Of a DNA stretch of 61,273 bases, positions 18,415 to 28,818 are shown in pieces. Every line of letters starts with the position of its first letter. Position 1 is the first letter of the stretch. Origin of the DNA: Blastocatellia bacterium. Its GTDB lineage: Bacteria > Acidobacteriota > Blastocatellia > RBC074. The stretch covers positions 1 through 61,273 of the forward strand of contig JAYTCQ010000402.1 in the NCBI GenBank assembly GCA_043736395.1, written 5' to 3'. The notes under the pieces are model-generated. The model worked only from the letters and a program-made list of their open reading frames with translations. It did no database searches and was not told where the DNA came from. The translations under genes and the position numbers were made by a program.

Positions 18415-19776
18415 TTACAAATCGTCAAAATAAACCACATGCGAACTCCGCCAAATATTCGCTGGAATTGAGCCACGTACAGCGGAAGTCAGCAAGATTT
18501 TGAATTCGTCGTCGGCTAAGGCGGGGAGGCGTTGTAATAAATTGGCAGGATCGTCTTCAGGTTTTTCAGCGGTAAAAGGCACGACACGCGCTAACTGTTT
18601 GAGCATGGCATAACGATGATCGTTGTCGCGTCCGAATTGTGAATCGTATTCGCTCAGCATTAATCGTACGTCAGCGCCTTCGTCGAGGAAATGTGTGAGC
18701 AGGCTGGCGGCAAGAGTGACAGCTTTTTCGAAAGCAGAAGTTCGCAGTTCACTGTTCGCAGCATCTTCCTGCGTTCCCTGCTGCCTGGTTTCTTCATACG
18801 TATCCAAAGCAATCGTCACGCGCCAATCATCGTCTCTCGTAAATTCGCGCACCATTAATTTGGAGGCTTTGGCGGTGGCTTTCCAGTCCACGTAACGCGG
18901 ATGATCGGTTGGAGTGTAGTGGCGAATCGCGTACAAATCACTGCCGCTGCCTTTTTGTTCGCTTTCCATTTGCCCGTGCGTGAGCGGCAACAAATGATAA
19001 AAATCATCAAGCGGCAGCGGGTTTGGATAGACAGTGACTTCGCCATTGGCTTCGACGTAGCGGCGGCGTTCGACAAATCCAAACGGAAATCTTGTCGTGA
19101 TCGTAAAGCCGCGTACCGGGAAAACTCCGCGTTTCGTGAAGGTGTGGGTAATGCTGGCTTTGGCTTTGGCTCCGGCAGGGACAATGGCGAAATGCGCTAA
19201 ATCTCCAATGGATTGATCGGGAGTTTTATCTGGCTTGCGAAGCGCGGAACGATTTTCTTTATCTGTCGCGGCAACGACCAACGAAAATGAAGGAAGGAAT
19301 TTTTTTTGATTCGTGAGCGTAGCTTCAAGCTGAGCGGGTTCGCCAGCGAAAATGTGATCTGGAAAACGCAGTGCGACGCTTAAATCTCCGATGCTTAGAC
19401 GTGAAGCGACACCGGAAATTATCATCGTCGCCATCAATGCTGCCAGCACCATATACAGCAAATTATTTCCTGTACTGACCGAAGCAATGGCAACGATTAG
19501 GATGAAAGCGATGAAGAGCCATCCTGCACTCATCACATTCATGGAAAGTCGTGAATGCAGATACTCAAGTTGAACGTTGCGGGCCAGGCGCGGGACGACA
19601 TACAGCAGAATACAGAGTGCGAGTCCGAGAGCGATTTTTGATGATAGAGCAGCGACTTCGTAATCGCCGGAACTGCTGGCGGCAGCCGCGACGAATGCCG
19701 CTGCAATCGCCCCGAAAATTAAAACGGACGAGAAAAAAACGAAACGGAGAAATTTTTTATCCTTTAAAAACTTCAA
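18415..19776 (-). CDS. DUF58 membrane protein (MoxR partner)
   Basis: N-terminal TMs, NNLLY, FPFG, R.Y...D..R.VDWKATAK...LMVREF, FEKAV..AAS. Confidence 0.85.
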   Translation of the reverse strand: MKFLKDKKFLRFVFFSSVLIFGAIAAAFVAAAASSSGDYEVAALSSKIALGLALCILLYVVPRLARNVQLEYLHSRLSMNVMSAGWLFIAFILIVAIASVSTGNNLLYMVLAALMATMIISGVASRLSIGDLSVALRFPDHIFAGEPAQLEATLTNQKKFLPSFSLVVAATDKENRSALRKPDKTPDQSIGDLAHFAIVPAGAKAKASITHTFTKRGVFPVRGFTITTRFPFGFVERRRYVEANGEVTVYPNPLPLDDFYHLLPLTHGQMESEQKGSGSDLYAIRHYTPTDHPRYVDWKATAKASKLMVREFTRDDDWRVTIALDTYEETRQQGTQEDAANSELRTSAFEKAVTLAASLLTHFLDEGADVRLMLSEYDSQFGRDNDHRYAMLKQLARVVPFTAEKPEDDPANLLQRLPALADDEFKILLTSAVRGSIPANIWRSSHVVYFDDL

Positions 19777-19786
19777 AAGAATCCCT

Positions 19787-19862
19787 GGGTCTGTCGAGTC
19801 CTTAGAGTCTGAAGAAGTCGCTACGCGTAGCGGGCTGTTGACCCTAAAGACTCGACAGACTC
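19787..19862. repeat. Inverted-repeat hairpin between moxR and DUF58
   Basis: GGGTCTGTCGAGTCCTTAGAGTC pairs imperfectly with GACCCTAAAGACTCGACAGACTC; palindrome CGCTACGCGTAGCG in the loop. Confidence 0.8.
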
Positions 19863-19877
19863 AATAGACTTTCCTGA

Positions 19878-20825
19878 CTAAATAGGAACCGGAACATTCT
19901 TCACAATTTCGCTTAAGACGCCTTCCGCTTCTTCGCCTCTTCGCAGTCGGGAAGAATAGCGGGAATTGACGATAATTCGATGACTAAAAACAGGAATCAC
20001 CAGGCGTTTAATGTCATCGGCTAAGCAATAATCACGGTCTTCGGTCAGGGCTAAGGCTTGCGCGGCGCGAAATAATGCCAACGATCCGCGCGGACTAATT
20101 CCTAAATCAAGCAACTCGGAATGACGAGTGGCTTCAACAATTTTCATTAAATAATCCAGCAGGGAATCGTCTACTTTGACGAGTCGGGCGGCTTGTTGTA
20201 ATTCGATTACTTCTTCAGCGGACATGACGGGAGCCATTTGATCAATGGGATGGTTCAGGGACTGACTTCGTAGAATTTGTTTTTCGTTTTCGATTGCCGG
20301 GTAGCCGATCCTGATGCGCATCAGGAAACGATCCAGTTGTGATTCCGGCAGTGGATATGTGCCGTGATGCTCAATTGGATTTTGCGTCGCAAGAACGAGA
20401 AACGGGCGAGGTAAATCATAAGTTCTATTTTCAATCGTGACACGGCCTTCGGCCATCGCTTCGAGCAATGAACTCTGCGTTTTCGGAGTCGTTCGATTGA
20501 TTTCATCCGCGAGCACCACATTGGCGAAAATCGGGCCGGGCTGAAATTCAAAGCGGCTAATTTGCTGGTTGAAAATTGAGACGCCAAGAATATCGGAAGG
20601 CAACAAATCACTGGTGAATTGGATGCGCTGAAAGCTGCAATCCAAAGCGCGTGAAATCGTTTGCGCCAGTGTAGTTTTGCCAACACCGGGGACGTCTTCG
20701 AGTAGAAGGTGACCTCCCGCCAACATTGTAACGATGGACTGGTGAACGGCTTCCGGTTTGCCTTTGATGACAGATTCGATGGCAAGCTGCAATTTTTGCA
20801 GGCTCTCAGTAATGGTGGTTATCAA
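19878..20825 (-). CDS. moxR: MoxR-family AAA+ ATPase
   Basis: DVPGVGKT, RIQFTSDLLPSD, DEINR, ATQNP, YPLPESQLDRF, SPRG. Confidence 0.95.
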   Translation of the reverse strand: MITTITESLQKLQLAIESVIKGKPEAVHQSIVTMLAGGHLLLEDVPGVGKTTLAQTISRALDCSFQRIQFTSDLLPSDILGVSIFNQQISRFEFQPGPIFANVVLADEINRTTPKTQSSLLEAMAEGRVTIENRTYDLPRPFLVLATQNPIEHHGTYPLPESQLDRFLMRIRIGYPAIENEKQILRSQSLNHPIDQMAPVMSAEEVIELQQAARLVKVDDSLLDYLMKIVEATRHSELLDLGISPRGSLALFRAAQALALTEDRDYCLADDIKRLVIPVFSHRIIVNSRYSSRLRRGEEAEGVLSEIVKNVPVPI

Positions 20826-20930
20826 CGCGACTCCGCTAATAAAATCAGGATTGATGGTTCAGGGCGAGGGGGCAAAAAGCAATTTCAAGACAGGCGTGAA
20901 TGTAGCACAGTTAGTGCACGCTTGTAAGTT

Positions 20931-21833
20931 TCAAGTTTCAAGAATATCACTTTCGCCGGGGCTGGCGGGTGCGGTTTCTGGAGCGGAAACTTGAATTGGC
21001 AAAATGCACTTCAGCCGGTAAATCCCGATTTTAATTTCATCGCCGACAGAAAATTCTCTGCGTTCGCCTTGTGGTAATTCACGACCAGCAACTTCGATAG
21101 AGTTGCGGCCTTCACAAATGATTGAAAATTGTTCGCCTTTCCTTTCAATCGTCGCGTGTTTGCGGCTGATTTCAAGGTCGCTGTCAAGCCGCAGATCAAT
21201 CTGAATATCTTTGGCTCCGCGTCCAATTGAAATTGTAGATTTATGACAAGCGAACGTTTCAGGCGATTCGTTATTTCGGGCAAATTCAATTGAAAATAAA
21301 GCCGCCCGCGGACGGACTACGGTGGAAGTTCCTTCACTAACAGGAGCTGCAATCGTTTCTTCATCTTCAGTCGCAGGCAAGGCGACAGGAGCCTTGGATC
21401 GGGGCTTTACTTCAGTTTTTGGAGCAGAACTGTCCCACACGGGCTGCACGCGAAATTGACCTTTTTCCAGAGTGCCGTCCACGCGTAATTCAATCGCGAA
21501 GCTTTTGGTTTGGACTTCTTTATCGCCGACAAGTTCACGGGCACGTTCAGACAGCACGTGAAATAATCCGCGTTGCAATCCATCGCGCTTATCGCCTTGC
21601 CACTGCGAATCATCGGCTTTGCTCAGAAATACTAAATATTCACGAGGAATATAGGTCGGCCCGCCAGGAGGCGTAAACATTTCGCGTTGCATGGCGGCTT
21701 CGACATCGCGAGCGACATTGACGAGGAATTCTTCCCATTCACGGCGCGCCGGTGCGGGTTCGGGCGCGAAGGAAGCAGCTTCTTCACCGTCCAGCCATTT
21801 TCTAAAATCTCCAATAATATTTTTCAATCCCAT
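20931..21833 (-). CDS. FhaA-like protein (DUF3662-like N-domain plus C-terminal FHA domain)
   Basis: N-domain ...Y.PREYLVFLS..D; FHA motifs IGR, ISRKHA, GRN. Confidence 0.8.
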   Translation of the reverse strand: MGLKNIIGDFRKWLDGEEAASFAPEPAPARREWEEFLVNVARDVEAAMQREMFTPPGGPTYIPREYLVFLSKADDSQWQGDKRDGLQRGLFHVLSERARELVGDKEVQTKSFAIELRVDGTLEKGQFRVQPVWDSSAPKTEVKPRSKAPVALPATEDEETIAAPVSEGTSTVVRPRAALFSIEFARNNESPETFACHKSTISIGRGAKDIQIDLRLDSDLEISRKHATIERKGEQFSIICEGRNSIEVAGRELPQGERREFSVGDEIKIGIYRLKCILPIQVSAPETAPASPGESDILET

Positions 21834-21910
21834 ATTTTCTCCAAAAATATAACTTTGAAAAATGCGCCGTACAGGTTAACAGCCTGCCAACGATTTTAAC
21901 TCATTAATAT

Positions 21911-23485
21911 TTACCACAAACCACGTGATTCAACTTTCACTAGCTTGGCATCGCCGTTGACCCAGCCTTGTTTTTGCGTCGTTGAATGTTCAAAATTCGG
22001 ACTCCAATCACTAATTTCAATTTGAATCCAACCGTTCGGGTCTTTGCTAATCACTTTGTGTTTAGAGCCATTCGGCACAGCGCCCAGTTTATCGAATCTT
22101 GATCCAGGCCCGGAGCGAACATTCAAATCCAAAGCCAGCACTTCAAGTTGTTCGCCGGAAAAGATTTTCGGCGCTGAAGGTTTCGGGACGCTGATGCTGG
22201 GTAGTGAAGCATTTGTAATCCGATGCCGTCGGGCGTACTGATAGACTCCAATTAAGGCGCTCAGAAATAATAATGCCAACGCCGCTACGGCGATTCTTCG
22301 CCACATCGGAGCCATGAACGAATCATTCACCTCAGGGTTATTAGTAACCCTGACAGGTTTTTTTTGAAGTGGTGGCGCTGCTACGACGGGCGCTTTTTCC
22401 GGTGAAGTCAAATCAACTACAAATTTACTTTTTGGCAAAGGCGGAATAGTCGTTTCGTTTTGTAAATGAGATTGAGTAGTTTCAGTTGTGGACAAAAAAT
22501 CGGGTTCCTGCGGCTTAGCTGGCAGGGTTTGCGGAGGCGGCGTAATGACTAATGGCTCCTTGATTTTTGGTCTGACACGAGTGGCATTATCATCCACAGA
22601 TTCCTCATCCGAGCTGCGAAAATTGATGGCAGTGGCTGCAAGTTCATTCCAGAACTCAACCACTGTGGCGTGGCGTTCAGCAGGAGTGTCTGCGGTCGCA
22701 CGGCGCAAGACTTTTAATAACGCTTCGGCATAAGGTTCTGAGGCGAGATTGACTGGTAACGCAGTAATTGGACGGCGATTAAATTCAGAGGGCGTACGTC
22801 CACTGATGACGGTATAAAAACTTTTGGCCAATGAGTAAATATCCGCAGAGGCAGTGAGACGTCCCACATGATTTTTTGATTCATCAGGATGATGTTCAGG
22901 GGGAGCGTAAATGTCGGCTCCGACACGTGTGATTTCAGCGGTGTCATCGCCGGAAATTTTTGCCACTCCAAAATCAGCAACTTTGAGAATTTTATGATCA
23001 CGGCTCAGTAGAAAATTATTAGGTTTTAAATCACGGTGAATGACACCTTTGCTGTGCGCATAAGCCAGCGCTTCACAGACTTGTTTGAAATAACCCAGTC
23101 CTGTTTGCAGGTCAATACAGTTACCCGCGCGGTTCCGACAAAGCCGCAGTAAATCTCCACCTGGCATATATTCCAGCGCCAGATAATGAAAATGGACGCC
23201 ATTCAAATCTGCCGCATTCCCGTGTCCCAGGCGCAAAATAATATGTGGGTGACGAACTGCATCGAGAGCAATCGCTTCGTTCTGAAAATTTTCGAGGAGG
23301 GTACGTTCCAGATCAGCTTCAGGTGTGCCTTGCAAATGCGTATTGAGGGCTTTGATGACGACTTCTTCACTTTGGCGCTGGCGGTCTCGCGCTACAAAAA
23401 TCTCAGCATAGCTGCCCAGACTCAGACGGTCTCGCACCTCATAACGATCATCTACCAAACTGTTTTCGAGCTTAAGTTGGGGCAT
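21911..23485 (-). CDS. Membrane Hanks-type Ser/Thr kinase with a C-terminal SH3b domain
   Basis: VIK, HRDLKPNN, DFG, APPE, DIYSL; Pro-rich linker; TM; LNVRSGPG...W SH3b motif. Confidence 0.9.
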   Translation of the reverse strand: MPQLKLENSLVDDRYEVRDRLSLGSYAEIFVARDRQRQSEEVVIKALNTHLQGTPEADLERTLLENFQNEAIALDAVRHPHIILRLGHGNAADLNGVHFHYLALEYMPGGDLLRLCRNRAGNCIDLQTGLGYFKQVCEALAYAHSKGVIHRDLKPNNFLLSRDHKILKVADFGVAKISGDDTAEITRVGADIYAPPEHHPDESKNHVGRLTASADIYSLAKSFYTVISGRTPSEFNRRPITALPVNLASEPYAEALLKVLRRATADTPAERHATVVEFWNELAATAINFRSSDEESVDDNATRVRPKIKEPLVITPPPQTLPAKPQEPDFLSTTETTQSHLQNETTIPPLPKSKFVVDLTSPEKAPVVAAPPLQKKPVRVTNNPEVNDSFMAPMWRRIAVAALALLFLSALIGVYQYARRHRITNASLPSISVPKPSAPKIFSGEQLEVLALDLNVRSGPGSRFDKLGAVPNGSKHKVISKDPNGWIQIEISDWSPNFEHSTTQKQGWVNGDAKLVKVESRGLW

Positions 23486-23627
23486 AATTTTATGCTGTCA
23501 TCTTCGACTATACACAAATGACTACATAAATTCCTGGACACGCATTCTCTCACAAAACGTTTTCTATTCTTCACAAGTTTCTAAAAAGGGTCAAATCTTC
23601 TGAAGGAGCGGGAATTTTTGCTTTGTC

Positions 23628-23685
23628 TTTTGGTCTTTGTTTTTGGGAGCAGTGATGAAAATAATAAGCTGCACAAAGACCAAAA
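23628..23685. repeat. Heptamer-type inverted repeat between hom and the kinase
   Basis: TTTTGGTCTTTGT pairs with ACAAAGACCAAAA; degenerate heptamers on both sides. Confidence 0.75.
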
Positions 23686-23712
23686 ATCCAAGACCTAACA
23701 CGCTACAATTTC

Positions 23713-24996
23713 TTAACTTAAAACCCGCAAAACCACCGGAATATCTTTCGTTGAACTTTGTTGGCGAATGTCATTTAAGGCAGCCTGCATTTTGCTTTCG
23801 CGAACCTGATGTGTCAGCAGGACAATCGTCGCTACACCTTCTTTCGTCACGCCTTTTTGAACCAGCCCGAGCAAGCTGACGCCGTGTTCCCCGCAGGCTA
23901 AGCCAAGATGCCCAATGACGCCGGGCACATCAGCCGTTTCCAAGCGGATGTAATACGCGTTGGTGGTCTCTTCAATATCCGCAATTTCTGTGGTGACAGC
24001 GTTCATGGCAGGTTGAAAATATCGGGCAAAATCCGGCAGTTTCAAAGCGCTGACAAGATTGAAAATATCACCAACAACCGCGCTGGCAGTGGGAAATTGT
24101 CCGGCTCCGGGGCCGGAAAGCATAATTTCACCCACGGCGCTTCCGTTAATAAAAATTGCGTTATTGACGCCTTCAACTCCAGCCAGAGGATGATGCAGTG
24201 GAACCAGCATTGGATGCGCGCGAACATCTATTTGGTTTTTAGCTTCGACCGGTTGGGCTAATCCAATCATTTTAATTCGATAACCAAATTCACGCGCCAG
24301 TTGAATGTCGAGATCGCTAATTTTTGAGATGCCCTGACGGTAAACTTTCCCCACTTCGACCGGAGACTGAAAGGCGAGCGAGGCCAGAATCGTGATTTTA
24401 TATGCGACGTCATTTCCTTCGACGTCGTCGGTCGGATCAGCTTCGGCGAAGCCTTTCGCCTGTGCTTCCTGCAAAGCCTCAGCAAAAGATTTTTTCTCCT
24501 GCTCCATCATCGTCAAAATATAATTTGTAGTGCCATTGACGATGCCCGCAACTTTAGAAATGCGATTGGCTTGCAAGCCACGTTGCATCGTGGAAATTAG
24601 TGGAATTCCCCCACCCACGGCAGCTTCAAAAAATACGGTAACGTTGTGACGATTTGCCAGCTCGAAAATCTCCGGGCCGTGCTTGGCAATCATTTCTTTG
24701 TTAGCGGTGATGATGTGCTTGCCGTTAGTGATGGCACGTTTGACGACTTCGTAAACGGTTCCAACGCCACCCGCGACTTCGGCTAAGATTTCAATTTCAG
24801 GATCGTCAGCCAACTCAAAGGCGTCGTTTGTGACTCTAAAGGATGCGAGGTCAAGATCGCGTGGTTTATCAAGGTCACGCACCGCGATGGCGCGAATATC
24901 AAATTGTGGGTGAGCACTCAGTAATTTGACAACGCCAGTGCCGACAGTACCGAGACCTAAAAGACCAATAGTTGTTTTCGTGGACATAACTTTCAT
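23713..24996 (-). CDS. hom: Homoserine dehydrogenase with ACT domain
   Basis: GLGTVG, TANK, EAAVGGGIP, NGTTNYIL, EADP, GPGAG..PTASAV, C-terminal ACT domain. Confidence 0.95.
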   Translation of the reverse strand: MKVMSTKTTIGLLGLGTVGTGVVKLLSAHPQFDIRAIAVRDLDKPRDLDLASFRVTNDAFELADDPEIEILAEVAGGVGTVYEVVKRAITNGKHIITANKEMIAKHGPEIFELANRHNVTVFFEAAVGGGIPLISTMQRGLQANRISKVAGIVNGTTNYILTMMEQEKKSFAEALQEAQAKGFAEADPTDDVEGNDVAYKITILASLAFQSPVEVGKVYRQGISKISDLDIQLAREFGYRIKMIGLAQPVEAKNQIDVRAHPMLVPLHHPLAGVEGVNNAIFINGSAVGEIMLSGPGAGQFPTASAVVGDIFNLVSALKLPDFARYFQPAMNAVTTEIADIEETTNAYYIRLETADVPGVIGHLGLACGEHGVSLLGLVQKGVTKEGVATIVLLTHQVRESKMQAALNDIRQQSSTKDIPVVLRVLS

Positions 24997-25233
24997 TTCA
25001 GGGGCTGAATTGAATTATCAAGATCGCTCAAATAAAGCAGAAAGAAAGTGCGAAGCTTAACCATCTCAGCGGCATGATGCAATCAAAAAGGAGAAGGATT
25101 GTTCGCTCAAAGAAAAATGCCAGAGCCAAGTTTTCTGGTGAAGCCAAGATTGAATGCAATTGACACGGCTTTGACGCTGGGATAAAACGTGAGAGGCGGA
25201 TTATTTTCCACTCTACATACAAGTGAGATATAA

Positions 25234-25749
25234 ATGAGAACAGTATTTGAAAATACCAATGAAACTGCAACTAGTGAAGAAGTTAAATCCAGTGCTATTC
25301 CGGTTGTATTATGGCTAACTGCGATTTTATTCGTGGTTGGAGTCTTTGTGGTTTACCAAAAAGTTTCCAAGCGTGAAATACCAGCGCCGCCACCTCCGGT
25401 CAGCATTAGAAGTCCGAAGCAAGTCAATCGGTTCTTTTATGAATTTAATGAACTGGTTCGTAATCAAAAATGGAGTGAAGCTGAACAACTGCTTTCGGCT
25501 GGCGCGAAAAAGAGACTGGCAGATTCTAAGATGACTTTACACGATGCCTTACTTGAACAGCGCAAAGGAAAAGACGATAAAGTTTTGCGTGGTGAACCTT
25601 CGACCGAGCAGCCGGAAAACCAACCGGACTATGTCAGGCAAAATAACGTTTATTTTTTTGAGAAGAATGAAACCATTTTTATTCCCTTAACAGTAGTAAA
25701 AGAAACAGTTGATGGAAAAGATCGGCTGGCAATTGATAACTGGAAATAA
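25234..25749 (+). CDS. Single-TM hypothetical protein
   Basis: One TM helix, Pro linker, followed by a terminator. Confidence 0.65.
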   Translation: MRTVFENTNETATSEEVKSSAIPVVLWLTAILFVVGVFVVYQKVSKREIPAPPPPVSIRSPKQVNRFFYEFNELVRNQKWSEAEQLLSAGAKKRLADSKMTLHDALLEQRKGKDDKVLRGEPSTEQPENQPDYVRQNNVYFFEKNETIFIPLTVVKETVDGKDRLAIDNWK

Positions 25750-25763
25750 GCCAAAAAATACAC

Positions 25764-25807
25764 AAATAAAAAGCGCCGAATGAGAAATCATTCGGCGCTT
25801 TTTATTT
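25764..25807. terminator. Bidirectional intrinsic terminator
   Basis: AAATAAAAAGCGCCGAATGA-GAAA-TCATTCGGCGCTTTTTATTT between convergent genes. Confidence 0.9.
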
Positions 25808-25837
25808 GAACGATAGTTCGATGAATCGTTAACTCAC

Positions 25838-27049
25838 TTACTGATTACGACCTCCGACTGTCCGCGAAGTGTCACCGCCACGTCCGCCATCACTAGTACT
25901 GCCACGGTCTGATGACACAGGAGATTCAACCCGACTCGGAGGAGGTGGTGAATATGAAGGAGAGGGCGACGAAGAAGACCGATCATAATTGCCCCCGCGT
26001 GAATAGGAGGAATTATCATCAGAAGAAGAGCGTGAATAATTTGAATTGTTGTTTGAGTATGACGGTCTGGCATACGGCTCAACATTGCGACTTTGAACAT
26101 CGGTACGGCTGGTTTGAACGCGATCACCGCCTCGATTACTGTCAGTCACACGTGAAGGAACATTCGCGGCTGATGAGCCACCAGTACTCCCGTAGTAGCC
26201 ATTGTTGTAACCACCGCTGGGATAGTAGTAACACATATCACAGTTATAATAACTGCGATAAAATCCAAAACCATAACCGTTCAGGAACATCCAGGAAGAA
26301 GGAATATATGTGTAGCCGTTTGATAACGGATCATAAATCCAGCCTGAAAGCATTGAACTACGCGAACGTGATCTTTGCAGGACTGAAATATTAGCGGCTA
26401 CCAGTTGTTCAGATCGGAGATAACTCCATTGATCAAACGCATCAAAAACTTTTGAGCTGAGCTTGGCAGTTTGCGGCTGACTATCACCAATCAAGCGATA
26501 AACCTTACTGTTGCCGATTTTTTTGGCACTGCCGGAAAGGGTTTGCTCACGCGTCCCAATAAAGGCTTCACCGCGGCGAACGCTGATAGCTACATCAGTT
26601 CCACTAACGTCAAAGCGGTAAATCCCAACCTTGTTAAGCGTAACAACGGTGCGTGGAGTCCCAATTTCCATCGGCACTTTTTTATCAATTTCTCCCACTT
26701 CGAGAATTGCTGAGCCACGGATGACATCAAAGCGCGTGTTGTCCAGCGAAGTGCGAATGGCTTTGATCTCAGTTTTCTCATTCATCCGAAGGTATGAGCC
26801 AGGTGCAAGCAACAACTCAGCGTTGCTGTCAGCATCTGTCACGATGGAATCGCCCTCATTCATTTGCGAACCCATCGAGGCTTTGCTCACGGCTTCCAGG
26901 CTATTATCAGCCTGATTCACTGTGACTTTGCCTTCAACACGATTGATAAAACCAGCTTTGCTGGAAATTAGGTATTGGGCTTGAACTGAGAAACAGAAGA
27001 TCAAAAGCGCTACGGATAACAGTGCATAACGAGAAAATATTCTTTGCAT
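25838..27049 (-). CDS. Exported FecR-domain protein with Tyr/Gly-rich and Ser/Arg-rich disordered tail
   Basis: Signal peptide, GD.I.T....AEL....GS.LR FecR pattern, G.YRFD, D.FD.W. Confidence 0.75.
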   Translation of the reverse strand: MQRIFSRYALLSVALLIFCFSVQAQYLISSKAGFINRVEGKVTVNQADNSLEAVSKASMGSQMNEGDSIVTDADSNAELLLAPGSYLRMNEKTEIKAIRTSLDNTRFDVIRGSAILEVGEIDKKVPMEIGTPRTVVTLNKVGIYRFDVSGTDVAISVRRGEAFIGTREQTLSGSAKKIGNSKVYRLIGDSQPQTAKLSSKVFDAFDQWSYLRSEQLVAANISVLQRSRSRSSMLSGWIYDPLSNGYTYIPSSWMFLNGYGFGFYRSYYNCDMCYYYPSGGYNNGYYGSTGGSSAANVPSRVTDSNRGGDRVQTSRTDVQSRNVEPYARPSYSNNNSNYSRSSSDDNSSYSRGGNYDRSSSSPSPSYSPPPPSRVESPVSSDRGSTSDGGRGGDTSRTVGGRNQ

Positions 27050-27201
27050 GGCGTCCCTCCGAATGGCAACAAATTATTAATTCAAATTGCCGGAAAAGCT
27101 TCATCTCAGAAGCACTTGGGTTGAAAGGGAAATACGGGTATTAAATATACTCGCTTATAATTAATCATGCCAGTTATTTTGATAAGAAATTTAAAGATTA
27201 T

Positions 27202-27942
27202 TTACGGGAGGATTGAATGCAAAAAATAATGGGTCATTGCAAACAAAGCAACTCCAACAAAGATCAAAATGGAGGGTTTCCAACCTCGTTCACGATTCAC
27301 TTCCGGGATTAAATCCGAGGCAGCAATATAAATCGTAGCTCCGGCTGAAAGTGGCAGGGCATATCTTATGGCGTTTTGTACTAACGCGACTGAAAATATC
27401 CCGGCAAAAGTTGCCGTGGCGATTAAAAAAGTCGCCTGAATTGCGGCTTTGCGGGTACGACCAGCACTTAGCATAATCGAAGCAACGGTGAACCCTTCCG
27501 GTACTTTATGCAAAAGAACTGCAATAAAAAGAATTAGTCCTAATCTAAAACTGATTAATAAACCCGAAGCAATCGTGACACCATCGAAAAAAGCGTGAAT
27601 GCCTAAAGCGAAAACTGCTGTTAGTGCTACGCCGTGCCGTTGTATTTCTTCGTGATGCACTTCCTCGCCAAAATGAAAATGCGGGGCAATCGTGTGCTCT
27701 GCAAACTGAATGATCAGATAACCGGCTAAAAGCCAGATGAAAGCTTCGCTTCCGGCCTGTTGGAAAATTTCAGGGATCGCTTCAAGGATGACTGCAGCCA
27801 GCATGTAGCCAGCCCCTAAAGCCAGTAGTTTTTTTAGACGATCATGAGAAGTAGTTTTTGAACGGGCGATTAGCCACCCACCCAGCAGGTTTCCAGCTGC
27901 GGCCATCAATCCAAAGAGAATAAGTTGAGTTGTTTGAAGCAT
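27202..27942 (-). CDS. ZIP-family metal transporter
   Basis: His-rich loop [30 protein letters not shown]; start uncertain (27942 or 27960). Confidence 0.9.
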   Translation of the reverse strand: MLQTTQLILFGLMAAAGNLLGGWLIARSKTTSHDRLKKLLALGAGYMLAAVILEAIPEIFQQAGSEAFIWLLAGYLIIQFAEHTIAPHFHFGEEVHHEEIQRHGVALTAVFALGIHAFFDGVTIASGLLISFRLGLILFIAVLLHKVPEGFTVASIMLSAGRTRKAAIQATFLIATATFAGIFSVALVQNAIRYALPLSAGATIYIAASDLIPEVNRERGWKPSILIFVGVALFAMTHYFLHSILP

Positions 27943-28160
27943 TAAAAAATTCGTGCTCATTAAAGCTGCCAAGCAAGATACAAGCAAGATCAAAAATTGC
28001 CAAGACATCAGAGTGGAAAAACTACAATGCAAAAAAACTGCCACCTTCAAAAAAGATAGCCAGAGAAGGTTTTAACCAAAAAATACATGCATAGTCAAAT
28101 CAACAAGTTAGCTCAAGTGACTTGAAGCGAAAAATTAATGGTAAAATATTGCAAATTCCC

Positions 28161-28225
28161 TTGACATCCCAAAATAGGTGACTTAAACTGCCCTCATTCA
28201 GTGGAATGAAGTGGGCTAAAGTGGT
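28161..28225 (+). promoter_or_regulatory. Pmra promoter with three MraZ-binding boxes
   Basis: TTGACA (28161)-17 bp-TAAACT (28184); GTGG repeats at 28201, 28211 and 28221, exactly 10 bp apart. Confidence 0.85.
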
Positions 28226-28363
28226 AAGAATTAGTAACTTAGAAGTTCTGATTGAAGAACTACTTGAAGTCATAAGCGTTTGATTAGTAAGTGCTTAGTA
28301 TTCGTACTCGGCAGATTAAGCGGTTCATAACTCCCCGAATTTAAATAACTTTCAGGAAAGCTA

Positions 28364-28813
28364 TTGCAGATGCTGAGAGGAAGCTACACAGCGACAATTG
28401 ATGATAAAGGGCGGGTAAAAGTTCCAGCGAGCTTCCAGCGATCTTTGAATGAAATTTACGGCAAGACGGAATTTTACATTACCAGTCTGGACGGCGAATG
28501 TGCGCGAATTTACCCATTATCTGAATGGGAGATTATTGAGAACAAGCTGGCTTTACTTCCAAGCATGGATCCGGCAAAGCGCAAATTTCTAGACCGGGTA
28601 AATTATTACGGGCAAGTGCAATCTCTGGATGCGCAAGGGCGTCTGCTGATTCATCAGTTACTGAGAGGCACGGCGGAATTGCTTGGTGAGGTGACGGTTT
28701 TTGGTTATTTGAATTATCTGGAAATCTGGAGCGCCGATCGGTTTCGAAGTACGCGGCTTAGTGCTGCCTTTACCGATGAAGATTCGGAAGCGATTGCTCG
28801 ACTGGGAATTTAA
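28364..28813 (+). CDS. mraZ: Transcriptional regulator MraZ
   Basis: DDKGRV and DAQGRL repeats; first gene of the dcw cluster. Confidence 0.95.
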   Translation: MQMLRGSYTATIDDKGRVKVPASFQRSLNEIYGKTEFYITSLDGECARIYPLSEWEIIENKLALLPSMDPAKRKFLDRVNYYGQVQSLDAQGRLLIHQLLRGTAELLGEVTVFGYLNYLEIWSADRFRSTRLSAAFTDEDSEAIARLGI

Positions 28814-28818
28814 AAATT

